Origin: Terriglobia bacterium
GTDB lineage: Bacteria; Acidobacteriota; Terriglobia; JAJPHL01; JAPKYU01
Direction of reading: 5' to 3'
DNA: 64,000 bases
Assembly: GCA_965223005.1 (NCBI GenBank)
Contig: CBDCVK010000010.1
Coordinates: forward strand, 1,152,001 to 1,216,000
Below, one piece after another: positions 19,529-27,729 of the stretch. A program made the position numbers and the translations under genes. The notes under the pieces are model-generated. The model searched no databases. It was given only the letters and a program-made list of their open reading frames with translations, and was not told the origin of the DNA. Positions within the stretch are counted from its first letter, which is position 1; every line of letters starts with the position of its first letter.

Positions 19529-20857
19529 ATGGGTGAGAGCCAAAAACAGGCGTTTCAACTGTCATTCAACCGGTTTCTGCGGGTCACATTTCAGGGATCG
19601 CGAATCACTTCCGACGGCGGTCTGATTCTGGTGCGCGAGTTGGACGAACGTTTGGGGTTCGGCGAACTTATCGAACAGCACTTGATCGACTCTCGGGGGA
19701 AGAACACTCGGTTGCCCCTCGCTGACTTGCTGCGGCAGTCCATCTACAGCCGCTTGGCAGGATACGAAGACGTCAACGACGCCGAGCGGCTTTCCCAAGA
19801 TCCGACGTTCCGGCTGATCGGTTCGGAGAAGATCTGGGAACGTGGCGCAGCCCTGACTTCCCGGTTACAGTCGTTCGAGACAGAACTGCTGACGCAAGAC
19901 GAGAACCTTGCTGGTTTGGCAGCGATCAACCGGGATTTGATCGCCAGGGCGGAAGCTATGGATGCGCCGCGCCGGGTGGTGCTGGACATGGACAGCACCG
20001 AGATCCCGGTCTACGGCGAACAGGAGCAGAGCGCCTACAACGGGCATTTCGAGTCGAGTTGCTATCACCCGTTGTTGCTGTTCAGTCGCGAGGGTGACTG
20101 TCTGGCGGCCAAGCTGCGACCCGGCAACGTGCACAGCGCCGAGGATTGGGAAGAACTTCTCCTGCCAGAGATCGAACGGCAGCAGAAGCTGGGCAAGGAA
20201 GTGGTGTTTCGCGCCGACGCCGCCTTCGCCAAGCCGGAGATCTACGACGCACTGGAGGAGCGGGACGTGAAGTATGCGATTCGCATCCCGGCCAACGACA
20301 GTCTGGAGAGGGACATCGCGGAGTTGTTGACGCGGCCAGTGGGGCGACCGAGCCACAAGCCGGTGGTCTGGTACAAGAGCTTTCTCTACCAGGCAGCCAG
20401 TTGGAAAAAGGCGCGGCGGGTGGTGGCGAAGGTGGAGTTCCACTTTGGCGAACTGTTCCCTCGCGTGGGGTTCATCGTCACCAATCTGGAGACCGACAGC
20501 CGGGCGGTGGTCCGGTTCTACAACAAGCGGGGCACCGCAGAGCAATGGATCAAGGAAGGCAAGCAGGCGGTAAAGATGACCCGGCTGAGTTGCCATCGGT
20601 TTCGGTCGAACGAGGTGCGCCTATGGCTGAGCCTGATCGCCTACAACTTGGGAAACCTGTGGCGGCGGCTGGTGCTACCGAAGAGGATCAACAACTGGTC
20701 GCTGACGAGTTTGCAGCAGCGGCTGGTGAAAACGGGAGGACGGCTGGTGAAACATGCGCGATATTACTGGCTTTTGCTGGCCGAAGGGCACTTGAGCCGG
20801 AGGCTGTTCAGCAGCATGCTGCGAACGATCTCGGCACTGCCGCTGCCAGACGGCTAG
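19529..20857 (+). CDS. IS1380-family DDE transposase
   Basis: TSDGGL, GYEDVND, LDMDST, FRADAAF, YNKRGTAEQWIKEGK. Confidence 0.93.
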   Translation: MGESQKQAFQLSFNRFLRVTFQGSRITSDGGLILVRELDERLGFGELIEQHLIDSRGKNTRLPLADLLRQSIYSRLAGYEDVNDAERLSQDPTFRLIGSEKIWERGAALTSRLQSFETELLTQDENLAGLAAINRDLIARAEAMDAPRRVVLDMDSTEIPVYGEQEQSAYNGHFESSCYHPLLLFSREGDCLAAKLRPGNVHSAEDWEELLLPEIERQQKLGKEVVFRADAAFAKPEIYDALEERDVKYAIRIPANDSLERDIAELLTRPVGRPSHKPVVWYKSFLYQAASWKKARRVVAKVEFHFGELFPRVGFIVTNLETDSRAVVRFYNKRGTAEQWIKEGKQAVKMTRLSCHRFRSNEVRLWLSLIAYNLGNLWRRLVLPKRINNWSLTSLQQRLVKTGGRLVKHARYYWLLLAEGHLSRRLFSSMLRTISALPLPDG

Positions 20858-21016
20858 CGACCCAGGAGAGAGGGTAATTTTAGGTGCTCAGAAGTGGTCG
20901 GGCCGGACAAGTGTCAGCGGCGAGGCAGGCTGGGCAGGCGAAACCCGCACAGCGACTCCGAAGAACAGCCAAAATGTGCCGCACTACGACCTCAAAGAGG
21001 CCCGGGCGATTTGCGA

Positions 21017-21045
21017 TTGACACGACAGGGTAAGAGGCATAGGTT
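21017..21045 (+). promoter_or_regulatory. Outward-facing sigma70-type promoter inside the IS1380 right end
   Basis: TTGACA (21017-21022), 17-bp spacer, TAGGTT (21040-21045), pointing at the captured gene. Confidence 0.5.
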
Positions 21046-21142
21046 TTCGGGTGAAGGGGAAGCTCAAAATGGAAATTCCGGGTAAGAGATTAGACCCTGT
21101 TTCACTTGACGGACTAAGTCCGCAAGCCAGAAGGGGTGAACC

Positions 21143-21952
21143 ATGAGTTTGTCGAAGATCGTTGCTCTGGGCACCGGGATTTACCATCACTACGGCCTGG
21201 AAGCTGCACTGAAAGGGATTCATCGGGCCGGGTGCGGCTATGTGGAGATGGCAGCCAACCCACCACATGCAGAACACGTTTCCCTCGACATGGACGACGC
21301 CGCAGTCGAGGCCCTGCTGGCCAAGCTTCAGCAGTACCGTCTCAAGGTCGTGGCTCTAAACGGCAACATCGGCATGATGAGGAAAGGCGACGTCGAGCGA
21401 TCCAAGAAACTCATCAGCCTTGCTCCAAAGCTTGGCGCCGGGGTTGTGGTGAATACACTCGGCGGAGCCGGCCTGGAAGAGGACTTACCCCCGTTTCTGG
21501 CCAACGTCGGGGAGGTGGCGGACCATGCCCGAAAAAACGGTGTCACGATTGGCCTGGAAGTGCACGGCAAGCACACTGCCAACGGCAAACTCGCTTTGGC
21601 CACGGTTCGCGCGGTCAATGACCCAAACGTTAAGATCAACTACGATACCGCCAACTGCATCTATTTCGGCGATACCTTGCCCTACGAAGACCTGCCGGTT
21701 GCTGTCCCCGAAATGGCGCACATCCATCTGAAGGATAAGATCGGCGGCAAGGGAGTATGGAACTTTCCGCCCATAGGAATGGGTGAAATTGACTTCGAAA
21801 GGGTGCTCAACATCTTGGACGACGGAGGCTATCGAGGTGCGCTGAGCGTGGAGATCGAGTTCGACGACCGGGGCTGGCCTCCTGTTGCCGAGGTGGACGA
21901 GGCTGCAAGCTCCGCCTATCGCACCCTCATGCGATTGCTGGAGACGCACTAG
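21143..21952 (+). CDS. Sugar phosphate isomerase/epimerase (xylose-isomerase-like TIM barrel)
   Basis: Metal-ligand motifs GLEVHG, NYDTAN, HIHLKD, SVEIE. Confidence 0.85.
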   Translation: MSLSKIVALGTGIYHHYGLEAALKGIHRAGCGYVEMAANPPHAEHVSLDMDDAAVEALLAKLQQYRLKVVALNGNIGMMRKGDVERSKKLISLAPKLGAGVVVNTLGGAGLEEDLPPFLANVGEVADHARKNGVTIGLEVHGKHTANGKLALATVRAVNDPNVKINYDTANCIYFGDTLPYEDLPVAVPEMAHIHLKDKIGGKGVWNFPPIGMGEIDFERVLNILDDGGYRGALSVEIEFDDRGWPPVAEVDEAASSAYRTLMRLLETH

Positions 21953-22030
21953 CAGGAGCTGAGGGTTTCTGCCCGCGGCCGTGTCAGGCGCTGAGGTTCT
22001 TGAACGACTCCTTCATCTTGCGAAACTCAG

Positions 22031-22493
22031 CTAGGATACCCTTGAATTGCTTCTTATGCGCTTTCATCTGCAAGCCACGCTCCCGATTTTGGTCGTCGGT
22101 CCATTCAACGAGAATGAGGTGCTGACGCGATTTGTGGAGGATTCCGACTAACGCAATTGGTGCTAGCAAGACACCAACCGCAACCCATTTGGCGACCCTC
22201 CTGGTCGTGGCCTGTCCATACGTCAGCCTTGTTACTCTGTCGACCGGAATTGTCACCGGCGGAATCACATCCTTCTTGAAGCCAAAGGTGACTTCCTTTT
22301 CGGTGACGTAGAGTCTGTTGTCCCAAGATTTGCGGACTTTCTTTATATCCTCATCCGCAAAACCGGCACCTCCAAGGTACTTGATGCCCTTCGGGAAATT
22401 TTCTCCATAGGCCGAAGGGAGTATCAAAGATACACAAAAAAGTGTCACGATCAGCTTCTTCGTACCTTCACGACGCGCACTGAGTTGAATCAT
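22031..22493 (-). pseudogene. PEGA-domain exported/membrane protein, 5' fragment (currently reads on into passenger DNA to TGA at 21984)
   Basis: AGGAGG RBS, signal-like N-terminus, internal hydrophobic stretch; reconstructed protein 261 aa. Confidence 0.8.
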
Positions 22494-22906
22494 CACTTGC
22501 CTCCTTTCGCGCGACCCGTCGGCGAGCCAAAGTAGTACCGTGTGCGGACGAACGGTCCAAACCCTCTTCCTTTGCCACCTGTGCCCCTCAAGGAGAACTG
22601 AGAACGCGGATGGTAAGTAGAGAAATCAATCCCCCTTGCCGATAACCTACGCTCCCCTCAGGAGCTAGTCAAGAACGGGCCAGTGTGGCCTTTATTAGAG
22701 GTCGGGGAGGGTGATCCTAGGCGACCTCACTCCGGGACTCGTGCTTCCTCTTTACTTAATGGTTTAATTCAAGCGGTAGGAATACGTTAGCAGTGGTGGT
22801 TACAAGGCCAGCCGTAGTCGAATGGTTGGCGATGCAACCACTTCAGGTCGCTCTCAAACGCCAACCTGCCTACGCCGCAAAGTCCAGCCGCAGGTATAAG
22901 TTGCGG

Positions 22907-22958
22907 GGCGCCGTAATGAGATAACCCGCAGCCCTGTGGTTTCTTCAACGATTCTACC
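22907..22958. other. Right attachment junction (island arm + comM half-site); CC 22932-22933
   Basis: GGCGCCGTAATGAGATAACCCGCAG-CC-CTGTGGTTTCTTC; the arm is an inverted repeat of the left island arm. Confidence 0.85.
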
Positions 22959-23408
22959 CGCGAGTGCCACTGCACTCCGGGCGTGATCCAGCGTTACGTT
23001 TCAAAGATTTCCGGCCCGCTGCTGGACCGCATTGACATCCACGTTGATGTCCCGGCAGTGAAGTACCGCGAGCTGCGCTCCGAGCAGAGCGCGGAAGATT
23101 CGGCGGCGATTCGCGCCCGGGTGGAACGCGCCCGCGCCACGCAACTGGAGCGCTTCCGCAACGACGGCATCTACGCCAATGCCCAGATGAGCACCCGGCT
23201 CATGCGCCGCCATTGCCCGATTGACGAGGCTTCCGAGAAGCTGCTGGAGACCGCCATTAGCCGCATGGGGCTTTCCGCCCGCGCCCACGACCGCATCCTG
23301 AAGGTGGCCCGCACCATTGCCGACCTGGAAGGCTCTTCCGCGATCCAGTCCCGCCACATCGGTGAAGCCGTTCAGTACCGCTCGCTCGACCGCACCTACT
23401 GGGCCTAG
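22932..23408 (+). pseudogene. comM: comM 3' fragment
   Basis: [37 protein letters not shown]...[19 protein letters not shown]; reconstructed ComM is 510 aa. Confidence 0.95.
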
Positions 23409-23428
23409 TTTGGAACGGCCCTCCCGAA

Positions 23429-24073
23429 TTAGTTCTGGTCGTCTTGGAATTTGACATGCCAGTGCGTGCCGTCACAGAAAGGTTTGTTCTTGGATCCTCC
23501 GCATCGGCAGAGGGTGTACTGCTCCTCCGAGGCTCCCTCACCACGGATCACACCTGCGAGTTCAGGTCCGCCGGTGACAACGTAGGGGCCGTTCTTGGCG
23601 ACGGTGATTGCTGGCTCACGGTCCTGGTCCCGGTGTTCGACTCCTTCAAGGGAGTAACTAAGAGCCCCTGACGGACATTTCTTTATCGTCTTGACGATCT
23701 CTTCCGAAGTCGCGCCATCCGGGTCAATCCACGGTTCTTTTCCGTACAGGAAAACCTTTGGCAACCCCTCCGTGCAGAGCCCGGCATGCGCGCAGATTCC
23801 CCGGTTGTCGTGGATGGCGATTTCGGCTCCGACGTAGTTGTCTCGCTTGTCTTCAGCCGTGCCTTCGAGCTTGCCGTCGGAAAAACCGATCTTGGCATGG
23901 GTCCCGTCGCAGAACGGTTTTTTCGCCGAACCGCCACAGCGGCAGAGTGCGAATACTGGCTTGGTTTGGATCTGCTCGCCGCTAGAGTTGCGAAGCTTCT
24001 CAAGGCTGTTCACGACGTAGGGTCCGTTTGGAGCGGTCGTGATTTTAGATTTCTTTTGTTCACCCGAATCCAT
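23429..24073 (-). CDS. CDGSH iron-sulfur domain protein with central divergent ferredoxin-like domain
   Basis: Two LCRCGGS..KPFCDGTH motifs flanking CAHAGLC...CPSGAL. Confidence 0.88.
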   Translation of the reverse strand: MDSGEQKKSKITTAPNGPYVVNSLEKLRNSSGEQIQTKPVFALCRCGGSAKKPFCDGTHAKIGFSDGKLEGTAEDKRDNYVGAEIAIHDNRGICAHAGLCTEGLPKVFLYGKEPWIDPDGATSEEIVKTIKKCPSGALSYSLEGVEHRDQDREPAITVAKNGPYVVTGGPELAGVIRGEGASEEQYTLCRCGGSKNKPFCDGTHWHVKFQDDQN

Positions 24074-24205
24074 AACGCTTCTCCTTGGTCTGTCAACCTA
24101 GAGTCTATCAACCTGGACGAGCGGCTGCAGGCGCTAGACAGAGCCCACTATTATCCAATGACAGAGGTTGGAAGAACACCCCTGGATCCAAAACGAGTCC
24201 GACTC

Positions 24206-25246
24206 TCAGAACGCGATGCCAAGCCCGGTGACCAAGCCGTAGTCGTTGCGCCGCACCTGGAGCGGTGGCTGGCTGTCGTAGTGGTTGAACAGGCTGAGGT
24301 TCCAGCTCAGCCGGCTCACCATAGGGATTCGCACTCCGCTGTCCAGTGTGACCCGGTAGCGGCCGGACTGGGTAAAGTTAGGCAGCACCGATAGCTCGGC
24401 TTCGAGTTTGACGCCGCTCGCGACCGTAGTCTCCCATTCGAGACCGGCCAGGCCTTCAACGCTTGTATGGGGGGGAACCGGATCACCCGGCTGTAGGCGA
24501 AACTGTTCGTTTTCGAAAGTGAATCCTCCGAGAAGCGACAAAGTGGTTCGGCCCGAGTGGATGATTTTCCGGCCCAATCCCCCTCCAAGATTGCTGCGCA
24601 GGTTTAGGCGCCTGCGGTCATCGCGCTCGAAGCGCGAGAGGCCGAAGACGAACGTATCGTCGTTAAGAAACCGGTCGTAGCGGAGGCTGGCCTGCTGTTG
24701 GCTGTTGGTGGGAGCGCCCGACTGGCTACTGAAGAGAGAGGAGGCGTTGGCCTGCACTTCGTATTTTGGCTTACGGTACCGGGTGTTGATCCTGAGTGAG
24801 GACTGGCTGTTATTAGAATTCCCTCTCGCGATGCTGTAGCCGAGGTCCACGGTGCCCTGAACCTGGTCCCAAAAGGTTTCCGGACGCGCTTCTTTAGCCG
24901 ACTTCATGCCGACAATGGCGGGCCGCGCCACCGTGACCGCTTTCTCTGCAGAAACGATCCGAAGCCCCTGGTCGGATTCCTCAATGCGCCCGCGCACACG
25001 CAGTCCGCTGTCCAGTTCCACTTCGACAGGCTGATCGGTCGAAATACCCTCGATCATTCTCCAATCAATCTTCACAACACCGGCATAGCTGGTTTCCAGC
25101 GAGAGGCTGCGCTGTTCCAGCTTTTGGATCTGCCCGCTGAGACGGTCTGCATTTTTCAGCTTCACCACGTCTGCCCGGCACGCCACGCCAACTGCCAGGA
25201 TCAGGCCGAAAACGAAAACAGCCATGCGGCTCTTGTGGAGGTTCAT
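24206..25246 (-). CDS. DUF481-family outer-membrane beta-barrel protein
   Basis: Signal peptide, DVVKLKNADRLSG N-domain, amphipathic strands, terminal Phe (GLGIAF). Confidence 0.75.
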   Translation of the reverse strand: MNLHKSRMAVFVFGLILAVGVACRADVVKLKNADRLSGQIQKLEQRSLSLETSYAGVVKIDWRMIEGISTDQPVEVELDSGLRVRGRIEESDQGLRIVSAEKAVTVARPAIVGMKSAKEARPETFWDQVQGTVDLGYSIARGNSNNSQSSLRINTRYRKPKYEVQANASSLFSSQSGAPTNSQQQASLRYDRFLNDDTFVFGLSRFERDDRRRLNLRSNLGGGLGRKIIHSGRTTLSLLGGFTFENEQFRLQPGDPVPPHTSVEGLAGLEWETTVASGVKLEAELSVLPNFTQSGRYRVTLDSGVRIPMVSRLSWNLSLFNHYDSQPPLQVRRNDYGLVTGLGIAF

Positions 25247-25890
25247 GAGGAATCAGTCATTTCCTTTCTTGACTCAGAGGAGTGATAGGCGATGAGTGTC
25301 TCCGGAAAGAAGGTCACCCGGCAGCCAATGACGCGGCCCTTGGGAAACAGCCGGCGCAGATCGCGCCTACTGAGTGCCCGCAAGCTCGGATACGGCGTTT
25401 TCCCCAGTATCCGAACGAGACGCCGCTGCCAAGGTTCAGGCGCAAACTGGATGAAGGGCAAGTGGTAATGAGGCTCGATGGGATACCAGAAGTTGGGAGT
25501 GGTCACGAACCAGCTTCGTCCCACCCGAGACACTTCGCTGGCAAATCGCTGCTGCTCTTCCCACGTCGGCAAATGTTCCAAGACGGCGTTGCAATAGACG
25601 ATGTCAAACGACTGATCGGCAAAGGGCAGCGCGCACCCATCTAATGCCACCGCCTTTACAGTGGGAAAACTCCCGGCATAATCCTGAATGTCGGCGAGAG
25701 AGAGGCTTCCGCCGATCACGCGCTCGCAATGGGGATAGAAAGTTTCAAGCTGATCGGGCAAGCCAATCTGACTTCCAGTGGCACCAATGTTGAGGACCCG
25801 GCTTTCCGGTGTGGGGCGCAGCAACTGCCGGAATAGCTGATACTTTTTCTCGCGCGATTTGCGGTGAAGACGCGTGAAGAGTCGATTCAT
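25243..25890 (-). CDS. Class I SAM-dependent methyltransferase
   Basis: LPFADQSFDIVYCNAVLEHL, TTPNFWYPIEPH; degenerate motif I (VLNIGATG). Confidence 0.8.
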   Translation of the reverse strand: MNRLFTRLHRKSREKKYQLFRQLLRPTPESRVLNIGATGSQIGLPDQLETFYPHCERVIGGSLSLADIQDYAGSFPTVKAVALDGCALPFADQSFDIVYCNAVLEHLPTWEEQQRFASEVSRVGRSWFVTTPNFWYPIEPHYHLPFIQFAPEPWQRRLVRILGKTPYPSLRALSRRDLRRLFPKGRVIGCRVTFFPETLIAYHSSESRKEMTDSS

Positions 25891-26094
25891 GTTAGATCGC
25901 CAAGGAACGCGAAAGAGGCGCCTTCCACCCCTACTCTATATGTATGCCATGCGTCGCCAGTCGAAAGCTAGGACCGCCTGCCGGCCACTACCATCGGCGG
26001 CCTTAGATGCCATTCTTGAGCTGGGGCGTTGGCAACTGCCGCCTTTAGGAAGGCCAGCAACAGTGTGCAACCGGTATATAATCCGAACAAAGCA

Positions 26095-27543
26095 ATGGGA
26101 CGGGACCGACTGGCCGCGCGGAGTTTCCTACTGTCCACCCTGCTGGTAGCGGTCGCATTTGGGGTAGCGGCTGCGGCGACGACGGAGACGCTGGCGCCTG
26201 TTGTTCAGGTCGCCGTGAACTATGCGCCCGGCAAGAGCACGATGATCAGCGGCTTTCTGGTCGGTGGCGGCCGCTTCGTCCTTACCCAAGCGAGCATCCT
26301 GCATGGGGCCTACGACACCGCCGTGGCCTTCACGAATACGGACGTCTTGGACCCGGTTCTGGAGCGCTTCGACGGCCGGTTGAATATCGCCGTGCTCCGG
26401 CTACCCAGGCCGGTGAGAGCCGAGTTCGCAGCAGTGGCCGAGCTACCGTCCGGCGAACTCCGGGCTACCATCGTTGGTGCGCCGACCGCCTTTGAGACCG
26501 GCAAGCTCTCAGTGTTTCTGAAGCCGTTGGCCGGCGGCCGGCGCTGGGAGATCGTGCCAGCCATTCCGCTCGCCTTCCGGGGCGCACCCATTCTGGATTC
26601 CGCAGGCAGGCTGTTGGGCATCGCCGTTGAGGAACCCGAGAGCACTTCTGTGGTGGGAATTCCGGTATCGGAACTTAGGGACTTGGTTCCTGATTTGGCG
26701 GTGCGGCGGTCGAGTGCGACGGTGGCGGCGCCGGCGCAGCCACCGGCGCGGGCTTCGCAATCCGCGGCAGTGCCGCCAGCCTCGGCGAGTAGCGCGGCAA
26801 GGCCGGCCGCGGAGCCAAAGGTGGAAGGAGAGCCAGCGCCGCCACCGGCTCGGGCTTCGCAATCCGCCGCGGTGCCACCAGTCTCAACGAGTAACGCGGT
26901 AGCGCCGGCCCCGGAGCCAAAGGCGGAAGGAGAGTCGGAGCTGCCTAAAACAGTCCTGGAACCAATCGAGCGGCCACTGGCTGGGGTTTCCGCTTCGGTT
27001 CCGGCAGCAAAGGTCGAAGTGCAGCCCCCTCCCGAACCTGCACCCACTGTGGCCGGCAGGCCACTTCCCGAAGAGGTGGAAGCCGAGGAAGGGGAGGCCC
27101 GGAAGTCGGCAGCCGGGTCGGAGACGGCAACGACCGGGCGCTCGTCAGCGAAGCAAGCCTCCTCTCCCCTTCCCACCGCCGCCGACCCGGGTGGCTGGGA
27201 AGTCCGGATCCGCCAGGATCCTGATGACATCCAGTTGCGCCTCCGCTACGCGGATGCGCTCCTGGGTGCCGGAGATTATCGACAGACGGTGGCGGTGCTT
27301 GAGAAAGCACAGCAACGGTTTCCCTTGGTGCCGCGTGTGTACTGGTACCTGGCTCACGCCTACTGGCACCAGTCCTTACACAAGCCAGACGGCGGCCGCC
27401 GGCGCTCCATGGAAAAGAAGGCATACCGCAAGAGTTTGGCCGCGTTTGAAACTTTCCTAGCTTTGGCTCCGGACGATCCCCGTGCCCCTGAAGCCCGCTA
27501 CCGCCTGAACCTGCTCAAGCAGGCGCAGTACGGGCGGCGATAG
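26095..27543 (+). CDS. Secreted trypsin-like pseudoprotease + Pro/Ala linker + TPR domain
   Basis: SGFLV..FVLT, IAVLRL, GAPILDSAGRLLGI scaffold without the catalytic triad; C-terminal TPR helices. Confidence 0.6.
   Translation: MGRDRLAARSFLLSTLLVAVAFGVAAAATTETLAPVVQVAVNYAPGKSTMISGFLVGGGRFVLTQASILHGAYDTAVAFTNTDVLDPVLERFDGRLNIAVLRLPRPVRAEFAAVAELPSGELRATIVGAPTAFETGKLSVFLKPLAGGRRWEIVPAIPLAFRGAPILDSAGRLLGIAVEEPESTSVVGIPVSELRDLVPDLAVRRSSATVAAPAQPPARASQSAAVPPASASSAARPAAEPKVEGEPAPPPARASQSAAVPPVSTSNAVAPAPEPKAEGESELPKTVLEPIERPLAGVSASVPAAKVEVQPPPEPAPTVAGRPLPEEVEAEEGEARKSAAGSETATTGRSSAKQASSPLPTAADPGGWEVRIRQDPDDIQLRLRYADALLGAGDYRQTVAVLEKAQQRFPLVPRVYWYLAHAYWHQSLHKPDGGRRRSMEKKAYRKSLAAFETFLALAPDDPRAPEARYRLNLLKQAQYGRR
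26741..26934 (+). repeat. Two diverged 102-bp-period repeats encoding PPARASQSAAVPP...EPK.EGE
   Basis: Copies begin at 26741 and 26843. Confidence 0.75.
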
Positions 27544-27729
27544 CGCTGGGAGCCCGTCTAGACATATTAACGATCCGGGTCTTGTGCGAATTCCCGATTA
27601 AGTGGTCAGGCCGACTAACTCAGAGGAGGATTTCCGATTGTGCCTCTCCTCCCACCACGAGTATACCCCTCCTGCTTTCAGGTATGACGATTCTGGTTTT
27701 CGTTCTCATCTTGCACTCTGAACCGATCC

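Larger units (their letters stand above)
19423..21082 (+). mobile_element. IS1380-family insertion sequence, 1,660 bp
   Basis: IRL CCCGGATTTCCTTTATGA vs IRR(rc) CCCGGAATTTCCATTTTGA; full-length transposase. Confidence 0.9.
19423..22030 (+). mobile_element. IS1380 transposition unit (IS + captured 948-bp passenger), 2,608 bp, bounded by CTAGG duplication
   Basis: CTAGG at 19418-19422 and 22031-22035; removal restores the PEGA gene (KGIL-DALTFHTGKP). Confidence 0.88.
14342..22933. mobile_element. 8,592-bp serine-recombinase island integrated in comM
   Basis: Split comM halves rejoin in frame; recombinase at left end; symmetric reconstructed attP. Confidence 0.93.

Noticed and set aside
19418-19565. 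N-terminus of the 156-aa PEGA ORF in the track
   Set aside because: It is read from the antisense strand of IS1380; the real 5' part is at 22031-22493.
21083-21086. TAAG after IRR as an imperfect target duplication of TAGG
   Set aside because: It does not restore the interrupted gene; the exact CTAGG at 22031-22035 does.
22497-22869. Non-coding island segment with small hairpins as a possible ncRNA or packaging/transfer site
   Set aside because: Only short, weak stems; nothing specific enough to call without homologues.
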